A stretch of DNA of 64,000 bases from NCBI GenBank assembly GCA_965637545.1, contig OZ281498.1, positions 27,528,001 to 27,592,000 of the forward strand. Reading direction: 5' to 3'. The DNA comes from Phallusia mammillata. Its lineage: Eukaryota. This document shows, piece by piece, positions 48,985-61,300 of the stretch. The position numbers and the translations under genes are program-made. Every line of letters begins with the position of its first letter. Positions within the stretch are counted from its first letter, which is position 1. The notes under the pieces were generated by a model. It searched no databases. It had not been told where the DNA came from and saw only the letters and a program-made list of their open reading frames with translations.

Positions 48985-50597
48985 GATTTGCGAGTTATTA
49001 CGTCACAGGAGAGGAACTGTGACGTCGATTGTATCAGTTTTACTAGATCTCAAATATTTGTCGACATTGGTTTGAGCAAACGAGCCAGATTTTTTTAAGA
49101 GGTTTGTTCTAAACCGAAAGAAGATTTATTGAGATCGCAGAGCAAAAGTAATTTATGTCAACCTTGTAAAATTAACCATAAAAATCGACTTTCTTCCTCA
49201 AACAATGCTCTTTGTTTGTTTCTTTTGTTTAAAGTAGAATCTCTCGTAAAAATTTTTTATTTTTTTATATTTAACTGTTATCTAGGGTTACGCCTTTCTT
49301 TTTATGCTCTAATGGCTGGGTCTATTGTGGCGCTCAATTGTCTGCAAAGAACTGGAACATCTTTATTGTGACGTCACAGTTGCGTGTAATTATTTTGACA
49401 AAGGATTCGAAACACCTGACTTTCTGGTGATGCTGTTTTCGCTAATTACTCAAAAATTTCTGTTGAAGTTTATTGTTATATTCCTGGCTAATACTCCGGC
49501 TCAAATAATTTGCCAGAGTGTTTGTATGCAGTGAAACATTGACCGTTCAACATGATTGTTTTTTGGACAAGTTACATGTTGAGTTCTTGCCTAATTCTCA
49601 ATCTTAAAACATTTTCGAAATTTCTGCCATCGTAATATGGCTTTGTTGTCACACGTAACTTCATCTGTACAGAAATCATTGTATTGCGATGAATGGAAAC
49701 CGGAACGGGTTTTAACATTCACAACAAAACCTTTTCATAACTTTCTGTTTAAACTACATCCAACATTGAAAAGTACTTCCTGAAAATATAATCAACTTTT
49801 TACTTTTTGCCACTTGTATAACCTTGGTCTTCCAAACTTTTCCGATCCTGTAAACTTGCACATTTTGCTGAGACAGACAAGACGTGCTTTGTATTGAAGC
49901 GAATGATGCTCATACTTACAAGGAAATACATTTTCGCTTGATACAAAAGCACAGGTGAATTTATAGCGAGCAACAAAATTGTCGTTCAACTCAGCAGAGC
50001 ATATAATCATAAAGTCTGTCCTACACACAAAGGTTTGTTTCAATAACTACATTCTCGAACAACTCTGTTTGTTTGGCGCCTTTTTCTCCTTGTTACGTCA
50101 CTATGCCGCTTGTTACTGGGGAATGGTTGACAAATAATGGGGGGGGGGGGGACTTTAGGGCGGGTTTGAACGAAAGTAATAAGTGAAAAAATTGACTTGG
50201 ATAAAAGGATTTTCTTATTTTACACGATCAGCTGATAAAATTATGTCACTAATAAAGCGCGATCAGTAAAATATTATAACTGCATTAAAAAGTACAAAAA
50301 TCACATCGTAAACAGTTTGATTAAAGAAACGACAAGAAAAAAAACGAAGATACAATCACATAAATGAACAAAAATTCGAAAACAAAATTTATGGTTTGAA
50401 AATTTATGAGATGAATAATATGTTTGGGTGTCCGTTAGGTGTCGGTAGAGCTGCGTCAGATAAGCTTTGATTCGCTGATGTAATCCTGGTCCTGTGAAAG
50501 TGATAAGTTGAACCACCCAAGCATAGCACTGAGCTGGTGCTGCTTATGCTCTCGCATTATGTTATCAAATGCATAACAACTAAAATTAACATATTTT

Positions 50598-50790
50598 TAT
50601 AACTGGGATCAGCCCTGAAGCGTCCATGCAGACTAGCGATCATGGCACACTTATATAAAATCATAGTTATACGCCAGGTCTATTGAAGGCGTTATATCGG
50701 ATCAGCCGGTCACCAAGCATTCCCATATGGCAAGGCGTAGGCTAGAAAAGTCTAGCTTGCGGTGGGATTCGAACCCATGACACGAGTGTT
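50598..50790 (-). mobile_element. tRNA-derived SINE copy
   Basis: GCGGTGGGATTCGAACCC head end, CCAAGCATTCCC body, ATAACTGGGATCAGCCC tail; an opposite-strand fragment lies at about 50870-50920. Confidence 0.85.
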
Positions 50791-51727
50791 TCCAGGGGTG
50801 TTCGAACCCAGATCGTCAAAATATCTGCTACATCATACAATAATCGGAATTTGTTGATTTTCCTCGCCTTAGGAATGCTTGGGAGACCCTAACACCTTCA
50901 ATAGGCCTGGTGTGCTATGACAAATGTTCAGCAACGTAAAACTTGATTTTGTATTGTTAATATTTTGTGCAAGCACGATTAGTTCAAGCCAACAATCCTC
51001 TACATCCGTTATTTCACTTTTAGTTTGCTTGGGGAATTAAATTTACAAAAAGTGTTACACAACTTGGCCCCAATACAGTGTCAGCAAGTTCACCAAGAAA
51101 CAAATTAAACAAATAAACCACCACAGCATGCAAAAGATGAGGCTACTCTTAAACATGCAACAAATACATTCCATGCCTTCACACTTGCTGCAACTGACAA
51201 GCGATGACGTAATAATACTCGCCTGTGACGTAACGATTAGTGGTAAGTCGAGTGACGTCATACGAAGGTGATCTGTTAACGTGGTTAGAATGAGTGACGT
51301 CATCGACGTAATACGACAGTGACGTCACTTGTTGATTACGTCGTGTTAATAATACAAAAAAAAGCATTTAATAATCTAGCAATAAAAAAGACTAAATACG
51401 GATTACTAATTTATAAACTAAACTTGAGATATGACGTCATATCCCTGTGACATCATAAGTACCAATTCGGCAAATGTTCCAAACGCTACAAATAGGAGAA
51501 ATTGGGTATTTTTCAACCAACGCATTTTATTTCATGCTCTTTTTATTATATTGGTTGTTTTAAGGATAATATTCAAAATCCTTATTTTTCTTTTTTTGTT
51601 GCTGTTAGATTAATCCAGTCAGTTTTAGATTTTAGCCGAATTCTTTTTTTTTCGTTCGGTCCAAACTATTTGTCTGGATTAGGCGAAGATCCGAATTGAC
51701 CCAATCCGGTTTAACCAAGGTTTACTG

Positions 51728-51772
51728 CAGTGGTTCCCAACCAGGGGGGAATTCCCCACTTGGGAACCACTG
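51728..51772. mobile_element. 45-bp minimal hAT MITE (TIRs only)
   Basis: CAGTGGTTCCCAA ... TTGGGAACCACTG; TSD GTTTACTG / GTTTGCTG. Confidence 0.85.
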
Positions 51773-51812
51773 GTTTGCTGTATTTCAACCCAATAAGACT
51801 GTTATGTTTCAC

Positions 51813-54800
51813 TCAGCAAACGCCACCTACCGGTTCTTGGCTTCTGGCCTGTTTATTCGGAATCGAGTATTTCGGCATTCCACTGCTCGACTCTGCAGGC
51901 GTAACCGGAGCCCGCCAATCAAATCCTCCAGGCAGGTCAGTTGATGCGTATTGTTGAGAATCACTACCCTCTGTTACGTCACTATCGGTGCTTGTGCTGC
52001 TGCTTATGTCCTCATAATGAGTTGGGATCTTGGCAGGAGTTACTCCTCGTGATGATGGTGAGGATGTTCTCGTGGAGTTTCGGGAGGTTATCACGGATTC
52101 GGAAGGAGGACTCGTTCTCGGAGGAGCCGGATGTTGATCAGTGCGGGCTTGAGGAAGAGTTTTATCTCTCGTGTAACTCCCGTTTGATTTCTTTTCATGA
52201 TCCGCTTTGAACCGTTCGAGGGCGCTCGCGTTCGCTTGCTGGGGATTTAATATTTCTATGTTGTGAACTTACATCGGTTGACAGACAGCTTTATTTAAGT
52301 TTACTGGAGTGATTTTGTATGAAACAGTTTTTGCTAAAGTTAGAGATTAAATTTATCGTTTTCCAACATTTACTAAATGCCCAAATATTGGCAAAATGGT
52401 TAATTGATTTTGCTTTAACGTTCACGGACAATATTGTTGGTTTTATTCAACCTTCAGTGGGTCGTCCTGTCGTGGGTAATTCCCGTTTGTGATACTAATT
52501 TTCGGCTGCTGGGCAATTTTTTTCTGATTTGGATATTCGTACTTCTTTGGTTTCGGTTTAAATCTTCTAAAAACAAAACCTGGCTTGGTCAAAGTGTTGA
52601 TTAAAACATACCGGAAACAAATTTTCTTACCTGATTCTGACGTCACGATACAAACAAACACCGACAATGATGATTATGACGAGACAAATAATGACACAAA
52701 CCAGCACGACGATGGGAATCCATATGTGAATGTAAGTTTCGCAATGTCGTCCAATGTACCATGAGATAGTGCCAGTGGGGCAACTACAAATGTCAAATAT
52801 ATGTTGTGGTGTTGAACACTAGGTGTTAAATTACCATATTGATGTCAAAAACGTCTTGTAAATCTTGATGTTTTGAATTGTTTTAAAATGGTAAGATTTT
52901 AACAAAAGATATAAACACGTAAATGCCTTTGTTTTTCAAAATGATTCGGCATTTACATAACATTGGCCATCGTCAGTAAGTAACACTTTTCACTGTCAGC
53001 GATTAATTGTTCCAAGTTCCAACTACGAAAATATCAGTAAGTTTTACAAAAACAGGCAGCCGCATATCAGTAAACATTTCAATAGGCCAGCTGTAAATAT
53101 TAACTTAATTTACACCATGTGTTTATTGGTTAATAGTTAGGCCAGCTGTAACTTAAAGGCCAGCTGTAACTTAATGGGAAATAATAATGCGCACGTTCAC
53201 ACTCTTGTAATGTTACCAGCTTTGAAACTTTATTTGTGAAATCCACCGACCTGCAAACCGGCTGCACCGAACCGTCGCTATGGTGACACCAGCCATTGTT
53301 ACGACAGAAGTTGACTTTGCATGACGACATACACATGACGTCAATCCCCTCAGTTTGTTCTTCGCAAAAAGTGAACCTTCCTTGGTGACATTCGGCTTTG
53401 TCACAAATGCTGTCGCCTTTAAACACAACAACATGTTACTAAAATCACACAAACTGGGTTCGAATCCCACCGAGGGTGGGATTGTTTGCTAACCTGTGAA
53501 TCTGAAAGTTGAAAGATCGACGGTGAAGGAATTGGTGGAGTCGTTTCCCTCAATGCCAAGTTTGACGGCTTGTATTCTGCCTATCAGCTGACGTATGGCC
53601 CTATCACTGTTGTTGACGTCATTCCGAAGTGTGACGTAATTATACGTGACGTCATACGTCAACTTGAAACGAAGGTAACCGGGTTTAAGTTGAGTTATAA
53701 CTGGATGTGTAAAGTTTCTAATCTCGTTACCAAAACTTGTGTTGAGTTTTGATCGTTGGGAACGAGATTGTCGACCCTGATAAAACCTTCTGATGTTGAG
53801 CTGTAAAAAGCTTCCGCCTGAAGATAGGAAAAAGGCAAGTGTAACAATTTGTTCAGTTATAATTGGAGGCAAATACGAAGAATGAAACATATGCCATTTC
53901 AACGACATTGTTATCATTTTCGCTCACAAATAAAGGTGTAAACTCTTAACTTAGTGGAAATGTTTCGTTTTGTTGCATTGTTGGCTCAGGGACGAATTAA
54001 GCTTGTATGGGGCTTCTAGCTAAAACTTGAGAAACGCCCCTATCTATTGATAACTTGTAAAATCGTTGTTAATACCAGGGAGTCGAACCACTTGTCATAT
54101 GGGTTCAGGTTCGGTTCGGGTTCACTTGGTTTTGTTTTTAAGGGTTCGGGTTCGGTTCAGGTTTTTAAAAATGTATATTTTCGGGTTATGGTTTTGTTCC
54201 GGTTTGGTCAAATTATCCGGTCCGAACCGGTTTGCGGTTTTTAAACCGGTTTAAATTTTTATTCATTTTAATTTAATTCTACCCATCATCTACCTGACCT
54301 TAACAAACTCCAAAAGAATTTTGCCCGTGCACTGTTATTTTTGACACGCCCTATAAGTGTTATATCGCAAATTCTTCAGTGCGCTGTTTTGAACAAAATC
54401 ACAAAATATTAAACAAACTGCATTTTTTACTGGTTCGGTTCCGGTTCGGGTCCAACGCCCAACAAAATATGCGGTTCAACTCCGGTTCGGGTTTTCACAA
54501 AATCGTAATTAGCGGTTCGGGTTCGGTTCGGGTTTAATGAAATTAACCGTTCAAACCGGTTCGCGGGTTCGGGTTCAGTTCCGGTTCGACTCCCTGGTTA
54601 ATACGGCAAAAACATTAAGGAATAGGAAGCCCTTGACTGAATCCAGCCAGCACGCGCTTTCAAATCGCCATTATATTTATTTGTGCTTATAGAAGAAGTT
54701 TTCCATACCGCTTGTATGAAGATCTGGTTGGTGAAAGTCGCAGTCGTTCGTAAAAACACGGTAGTTGTGTAAACCTTCGTGGTTGTGTTTGCTAAAATAA

Positions 54801-55463
54801 CAAAATCACGTGAAACGACACGATGTCACCACGACTACCTTTCATATAATTCAGTTGGCCAAAGTTAGAATATTACAGTTTAGCGTTGAAATGCTGTTGT
54901 ATTTCAAAGTACAAAGAAAAATATTTGTGTTAAAAATTCTCACGTGGTCGAATCGCTTGATCTGGGATTGTCACAAAAGGGTATTCCCCGTCAACTTGGC
55001 ATGAAACTGAAATATGATTTGAAGGAAATAAAATATTACTAGTTTTCATATTTCAACTCAACAAAACGGTTAAGCGACATGCTGTTTTCAATGTGTTTCG
55101 GCCAATGCTTATCACATCGTGTTAAGTCACGTGATAATTATTATATTTAAGTTAGATGAAAAGTTGATAAACAAGACGCTCCATATAGCACATAATTTTT
55201 ATGTGATTCTTTAAAAGGTTATGTGTTGAATGAACTGTAAATTGTGCTGTAACCAAGTAAGCTTGCGCTGCACGTTGGTCGTTAAGTTAAAACATTTAGT
55301 TGGTTTAGCAAGGCAAGCAATGGATACGTTGGTAGTAGGCAAAATACATGGATAGGTTGCTAGGGCCTCATTTTTCATTCACCCGACCGTAAAATCGTAC
55401 AGGAAACCCTTTAAACTCACCAAGTGTGACGAGCGAGAGGATAAATCCGAACTTTGCCCACAT
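51813..55463 (-). CDS. Paralog A: type I membrane protein, signal peptide / SEA-like / EGF-like / TM / Ser-Pro-rich tail, about 434 aa
   Basis: Exons 55463-55421, 55006-54944, 54791-54709, 53817-53731, 53662-53494, 53416-53251, 52783-52631, 52566-52452, 52238-51813; all phases compatible. Signal MWAKFGFILSLVTLVSC; FCRNNGWC..C.CP..WYIGRHCE; TM IWIPIVVLVCVIICLVIIIIVGVCL. Confidence 0.87.
54076..54596. mobile_element. hAT-type non-autonomous element with many GGTTC(G) subterminal repeats
   Basis: TIRs CAGGGAGTCGAACC / GGTTCGACTCCCTG; perfect TSD GTTAATAC. Confidence 0.93.
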
Positions 55464-58341
55464 TTTACACATTCTCTCAAGCGTGAAATGACGTCACTTT
55501 GTCAGAAAGTTGGTGGTGTGATAATATTATCTTTTCCCAGTTGAGCGGTTGCAACAAAGGCTTTCGAAAACACTCAAAGTTTGAAAGACCCTTGAGATGA
55601 AGCGGTTTATGCCGTTAAGTTGTATTTGAATATAAATTGATCGGTGATCTGTAAATGAACGAAGTTTGTAAAAAATATAAAAAGTTTTCGTTTTCTAATT
55701 ATCAATCATTCAAAAGTATTTTTATACTGAAGATTTTACCTGGGCGCTTTTGTGCTTTCAAAAATGGACCAAACGTAAATCTAATATGGCCTATATCTTC
55801 AATTCACTTAAATTTATTTGAAACTTCTGCCTCGCAGTTAAATTACTTTTATATCATCTTATTATAACAGCAAACACACAACATTTTAACTCATTTAACT
55901 TAACTTATAACCTAAAACTGTTCTATTTCTCTCTCATTCCATTTTCCAATCTGATCCTTTCTCATAATATTATTTCGTGGAGCCTTCAAACTTGAACAGT
56001 TTTGTTCTGTTCTATGCCCGATTTGAAGTGAAGAGGTTTCGTCTGTCTTTCGTCAAACCTTCCCGTCACCGCTTCACTGACTGTGGGTGAAAAAATAAAT
56101 GTGACATTATAGTGGGGGTTGTATGTATGGGTAAGTGAGGGGGGTTCGAGATATTTGTGTGGGTGACTCATCCAACATATGGGCACCGGCACATAGAGGG
56201 GGCACTTGCTCACACTCGGAGTATCAAAGCCTTAAATTTAACATATTTTGTCGAAAAAACTTGATGAATAAAAATGCATCAAACTCCAAAAAGTAAAGAA
56301 AAGAAAGTCAGTAATTGTAACAATACTCTTTTTCGTTGACGAAAATCTGTTGATGTACTTTTTCTTGAGAAACATAGGCTAATAACGACTAAACTGATTA
56401 ACTAATGCGTAGTCGAAATGTGTCAACGTTGTGAAACAACGCATTAGTTTAATCGTTTTCCAGTATTTCAAATGTAATTCCGATGAATCTTTTGGGTTTT
56501 GTGGATATTTTATGAGATTTCCTTATTTGGTATTGCTTCCGAAAGCACAGACTAAACCGGGATTTGAACTGCCAACCTTGAAAGCACAGGCATTTGCGTT
56601 TTAGTTTCTCTGCAACTGTACATAACGCCTTATGCCGTTTACATTAGTTGCTAAAATATTTTGTTTTGTTTCATTTTGAACAAAATAACAAATATTTGCA
56701 TTAAATACGATTTCTATGAATATAATAACACTGCACAGCGTTTCTCTTCATATTTTTCTGCCTTTTTTGTAAGACAGTTCCTACTCACAGTCAAAAATTG
56801 TCTGTCACAGTTTATAAATTCAAAAGGACTGTTTTATATTTCTCTGCACTTTCATGTTTTGACCATTTACGTTTTTTTGTAAACTCAGACACAAACTGCC
56901 ATGTTAAAAATCCGACAGCTGTTCAGCGAAAAAAGTAATTTGAAACACTGTTTTGAAAGGAAACCACAGAATGAAAAAGAAAGAGATTTTATTTTCTGCG
57001 TATGAAAGACAATTTATTGTTTTCTAATTAATTAGGACACATAACAAAAATTTATTTTCTACTATCAAGTTATTTGAAGTGTGCACTGTTCGGAAATACA
57101 TATTTCAGCAGGTTTTACTTGTAAACAAGCATTTCAGACTGTTTTCGTTAGTGCTGACTGCTGACTGCTGATTGAAGAACACTTTTTTAGATTACAGTAA
57201 ATTTGTTATTTGGTGAAGGTTTTTCGAAAAGAGTTAGGTCTTAGTAACAATATCACATAACAAATTGCATAGTTTAAAATTGCTGATACTGCTCCACTAG
57301 TTAAAGTAGATCCTACTGTTTTGCCAAAAGAATAATTCCTGTTATCTGGCAGTCCTTATAGGTTTCAATGTGATATGTTAGATTTGTGCATATAATTTTA
57401 TTTATTAATGACATAAACTTTGTGTTATAATACAATTGTTAAATGTTTTTAGCTTATTTTGTCAATTTTTTGGCAGTTATTTTGGAATTAAATGTTGATA
57501 AAAAATCTCAGATAAGTGAAAACTTAGACAAGTTGTCTGGTAACTGGAGTAAACCAGTTTAATAAAGTATATTTAATTTAAAAAGAAGGTTTTAATACAG
57601 TTGAGTTGTATGTTGGTATCCATACTTTACTGACCAGATATTGTATGAACACCTGATTTCTTTACATCTTATTTGTGAGGTACCAGTTATTAGTTTATTT
57701 AAAACAACCACTTAAAAATATAAATACATTGCATTGATGTAGATTTCACCAACCTTTGGCTCAGAAGGCTTTCTTTTGAAACCCTGTCTTTTCTTTTGTC
57801 TTTTTTAAGCCCTTGTGTGGCTCTTAACAGAGTGATGAAAATGCACTTAAATTTATTCAAGTATGATTCTCTAAATAAATGGCTCTTCAAGCTTGAAAAC
57901 GTTGTCACTCGCTGCCCGGCAAAAGTGGCCCTATAACAGATACAGTTCAAGATAACTGCAATATCTGTTGAAGTAACTAAAGGTGTTGTACATTTACTGA
58001 CACTATGAAACTATTCAATGGTTTAAGTACTTTTAAAGTTGTAACATTGTTCCGAAAGTATTTTTCAGTCTTATGTGGTAGCATCTTTGCAGTTACCAAG
58101 ACTATGTTTTTAGACTCCATGCTTAAAAAAAACATATTTAGATTTTTTCCTTCTCGATTCAAAGCGCATACTTATGTTGTAAATATGCTTGAAAAATGCT
58201 GGATATTTACGACTTTTATTTTTTAGGTTTCTATGTTTAATTACTGCTGCATAAAGATGTGTGATTTGTAAATTATTTGCTGAAACTGTAAACACAAATT
58301 TTCATCATGGCTTCTCGATTGTCGACCAAAAAGGACAGCAA

Positions 58342-61300
58342 AATGAGGATTCGAGCTTTTCCTGTAAGTTTTTGTGTAAAACTTTTCTAAAACTCCTTAT
58401 TTAAAACATTTTCCTAGATTTTACTGCTTATTTGTGTACATATATATTTAATGCAACATATAGTTAAACAAAACTCATGTAGTTTCACCTAATTATATAG
58501 CTTATTGGTTTTTGTGTATTTATGTTGCAATGCTGCTAAGTTTGTGTTCAGCCAATGCAAATTGCAAAGCATTTATTATTCATTCATGTAGTGTATTGAT
58601 GATGTCACAATGGGCATTGTTTTAAACATACACATCAATCATCTGCCCAAAACACTGCCTGTTTTTCTGTGTGTAATGCATTGAAATGGACTGAATAAAA
58701 TGTAGGAGTTAATTTAGAAAGGTTAATCGGGGCATGGAAAGGTTTTCAGTTACTTCACTGCATTACAATCAGGTTTGTTTAAAACTGCTCAAAATTTGTT
58801 GAAATATTGGACTATTTTTATGACCAAAACTTGTTTTACTTTATTATTAGTGATTTTTGTAATGTTATTTTTTGGCACTAAACCTAATTGTAGGTTAACT
58901 AAAACAGTATTTCTGGAGCTTTTTTCGGTATGACCCCTTTATCAGCTGCTTTTCTAGAAAATTGTCCCCTTTAATGAAAATAATGACATATTTAATTCAC
59001 TTTTAGAATTAGTTTTCACAGTAAAAATTGTTATGTGAGAAATATATTTAAGAAAAGTTGACCAAATTGCCCACCTTAATCATTGGAAAAGCCATTTGAG
59101 CAGAAATGCCTTGCCCCAAGTTTTGTCAGGGCCCCCTAGTTGATTGCAAAAAAGGGGAGTGTTTCTGCCCACTTTAGGGAGTCACTAAACTAAATTATAA
59201 AAACATTTTTTGCTTGTTTATTGTGGAAAACAATGTTTACATATTTGCTTTTCAGATGACTATTGATGAGAAGTATGTGTCGAACATCTGGGATCTTCTG
59301 AAGAAAGCCATTCAGGAAATCCAAAAGAAAAACAATGGTGGTCTTAGCTTTGAGGAGCTTTACAGAAACGCATACACGATGGTTTTGCATAAGCATGGTG
59401 AAAAACTATACCAAGGCCTCAGACAAGTGGTCACAGATCATCTGAAAAACAAGGTACAAGAAAATTAAAAAATTGTTGATACTACAAACTTTGGAAAGTT
59501 TTGTTTTGTTACATATTATATATTTGGACAATGTTGTGCAACTGTTTTACACCTCAACAACTTACTACGTTGGCTGCCACATAATGGTTTGTGGACTCAA
59601 TAAATATAGGTGTATGGGATGAAACAGTATAGGATCGAAAGACAATTTTTGTATGTCACTGGTTACGAACACAAACCCCAAAACACCCTGGACTTATTCC
59701 AGTTTGCGGACACTACATAGCTGATATAAATTACAATCGACCCAGAACTCTTACTAATTTTACCCCCGAATTTATTTTGTATAACATCATGCTTGAATAA
59801 TTTTTTACTTGCTGGCTGTTTGTGAGCTAGTTTCATTCGAAAGGTTTTACTTTAGGTCAGAAGCGACGTCCTGGGTTCACTAAACAACAATTTCATGCAA
59901 ACTTTGAACTTATCGTGGGACGACCACCAAACTTGCATGGTGATGATACGAGATATTCTCATGTACATGGTGAGTTGCACTGAACAATTTCACTTTGCTC
60001 ATTTAAATCTCATTTAAATTTTAACATTTAAATTTAAATGTAAAGAATGCTCATTTAAATGTTTCAAAACCTGGTTAGTAATTAAAATTCTCACAAGGTT
60101 ATTTTTCTGAAGGTCAAATTTTTTGTTGCCGTATATATTTGTGATGTCATAAGTGCTCAAATAGGCACAGCCAATGAGCATTCTTTACAATTTTATTGTT
60201 AACAAACACTTACTGTTTTAATTATCACAACAAAATTTAAGTTTATTATAAGCCGCAGACAGTACATACTGTTTCGACCTGTAATGTCTCATCAATGCAG
60301 CTGGTGACGAGAGATCAGCCATATTTGCTAGTGTGGCTCGATACTTTTACAAAGTTTATTATATAGTTTTTACAAGGATGTTGATTAGGACTTGCATTTA
60401 ATTGAATTTGAACAAAATCTTTTGTTTTGTGTAGGATCGAGTTTACGTCCAGCAGAGCAACGTTGACAGCGTCTACAACCTCGGATTAAAAATCTTCAGG
60501 GACGAAGTGATCAGAGAGCCGGAGATCCAGGAATATTTGCAAGAAACCCTTCTTGACCTCGTTGCAAGGGAGAGAAGAGGGGAAGTTGTAAACAGGTTCG
60601 TCCAACTACCAACATTCTTTAAGCTGTCCATGCGATATGACCTGGTCAAATCCCTAAGTCTGTTACAGAATCTTTTATGCCTGCAAAAGTCATGGAAATA
60701 GCAGCAGTTAGATTTGGGTGTCAAACTGTCAATTTTTGTTATGGTTCAATTTTTGTCAATTTTATACATGCGTTATTAGGTCGACAGACATTTTCTGGGC
60801 CTGCGAAAGACATAGAGATAGCAGCACTTCAATTTGGTTGTGATTTGAAGCCTCCACACTGGCTGCGTTATTATGTCGACAACATTGGCTGTTTCAATGA
60901 TTCTATGATACTGAATATTTAAATTGCCCCTGTTTCCTTGTTGTTACCATTTGTATAAATTACAAACAATTATTGACTAAACAATACACATTTTGTTTTT
61001 ATTAACTTTATGGTCATAACATACGCTTCACAGAAGTTACAAACCTAATTATTTGCAGGGGAGCAGTTCGAAATGCTTGCACCATGTTGATGAACGTAAG
61101 TCTTGAAGGTCGGGACGTCTATGAAGCAGAATTCGAAAGACTTTTCCTTAAACAATCAGCAGAGTTTTACAAGGTGGGTTAAAACTGTGGAGATTTTTAA
61201 TCACAGTACGCCAGGGCCATTGAAGGCATTATCCTAAATCAGGAGTGTCCAAACTTTTTTTAATGAGGGCCAATTTTTACCAAGTGAAGACGCCAGCGGG

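Noticed and set aside
50139-50151. G13 run upstream of paralog B
   Set aside because: A single homopolymer; function cannot be supported from sequence alone.
52140-52238. Suspected frameshift in the last exon of paralog A
   Set aside because: Recount shows the acceptor at 52239 is in frame with the Ser-rich ORF ending at 51813; the gene is intact.
53085-53172. Three GGCCAGCTGTAA E-box repeats in a paralog A intron
   Set aside because: Explained by a short local tandem duplication; no independent evidence of function.
53489-53917. 142-aa ORF as a single coding exon of paralog A
   Set aside because: It reads through a 68-nt intron (53663-53730). The upstream 87-nt exon is in another frame (AEAFYSSTSEGFIRVDNL..), which matches paralog C in size and sequence.
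55986-56213. 75-aa minus-strand ORF with an acceptor-like site upstream of paralog A
   Set aside because: No homology recognised and no partner exons; may be UTR or non-coding.
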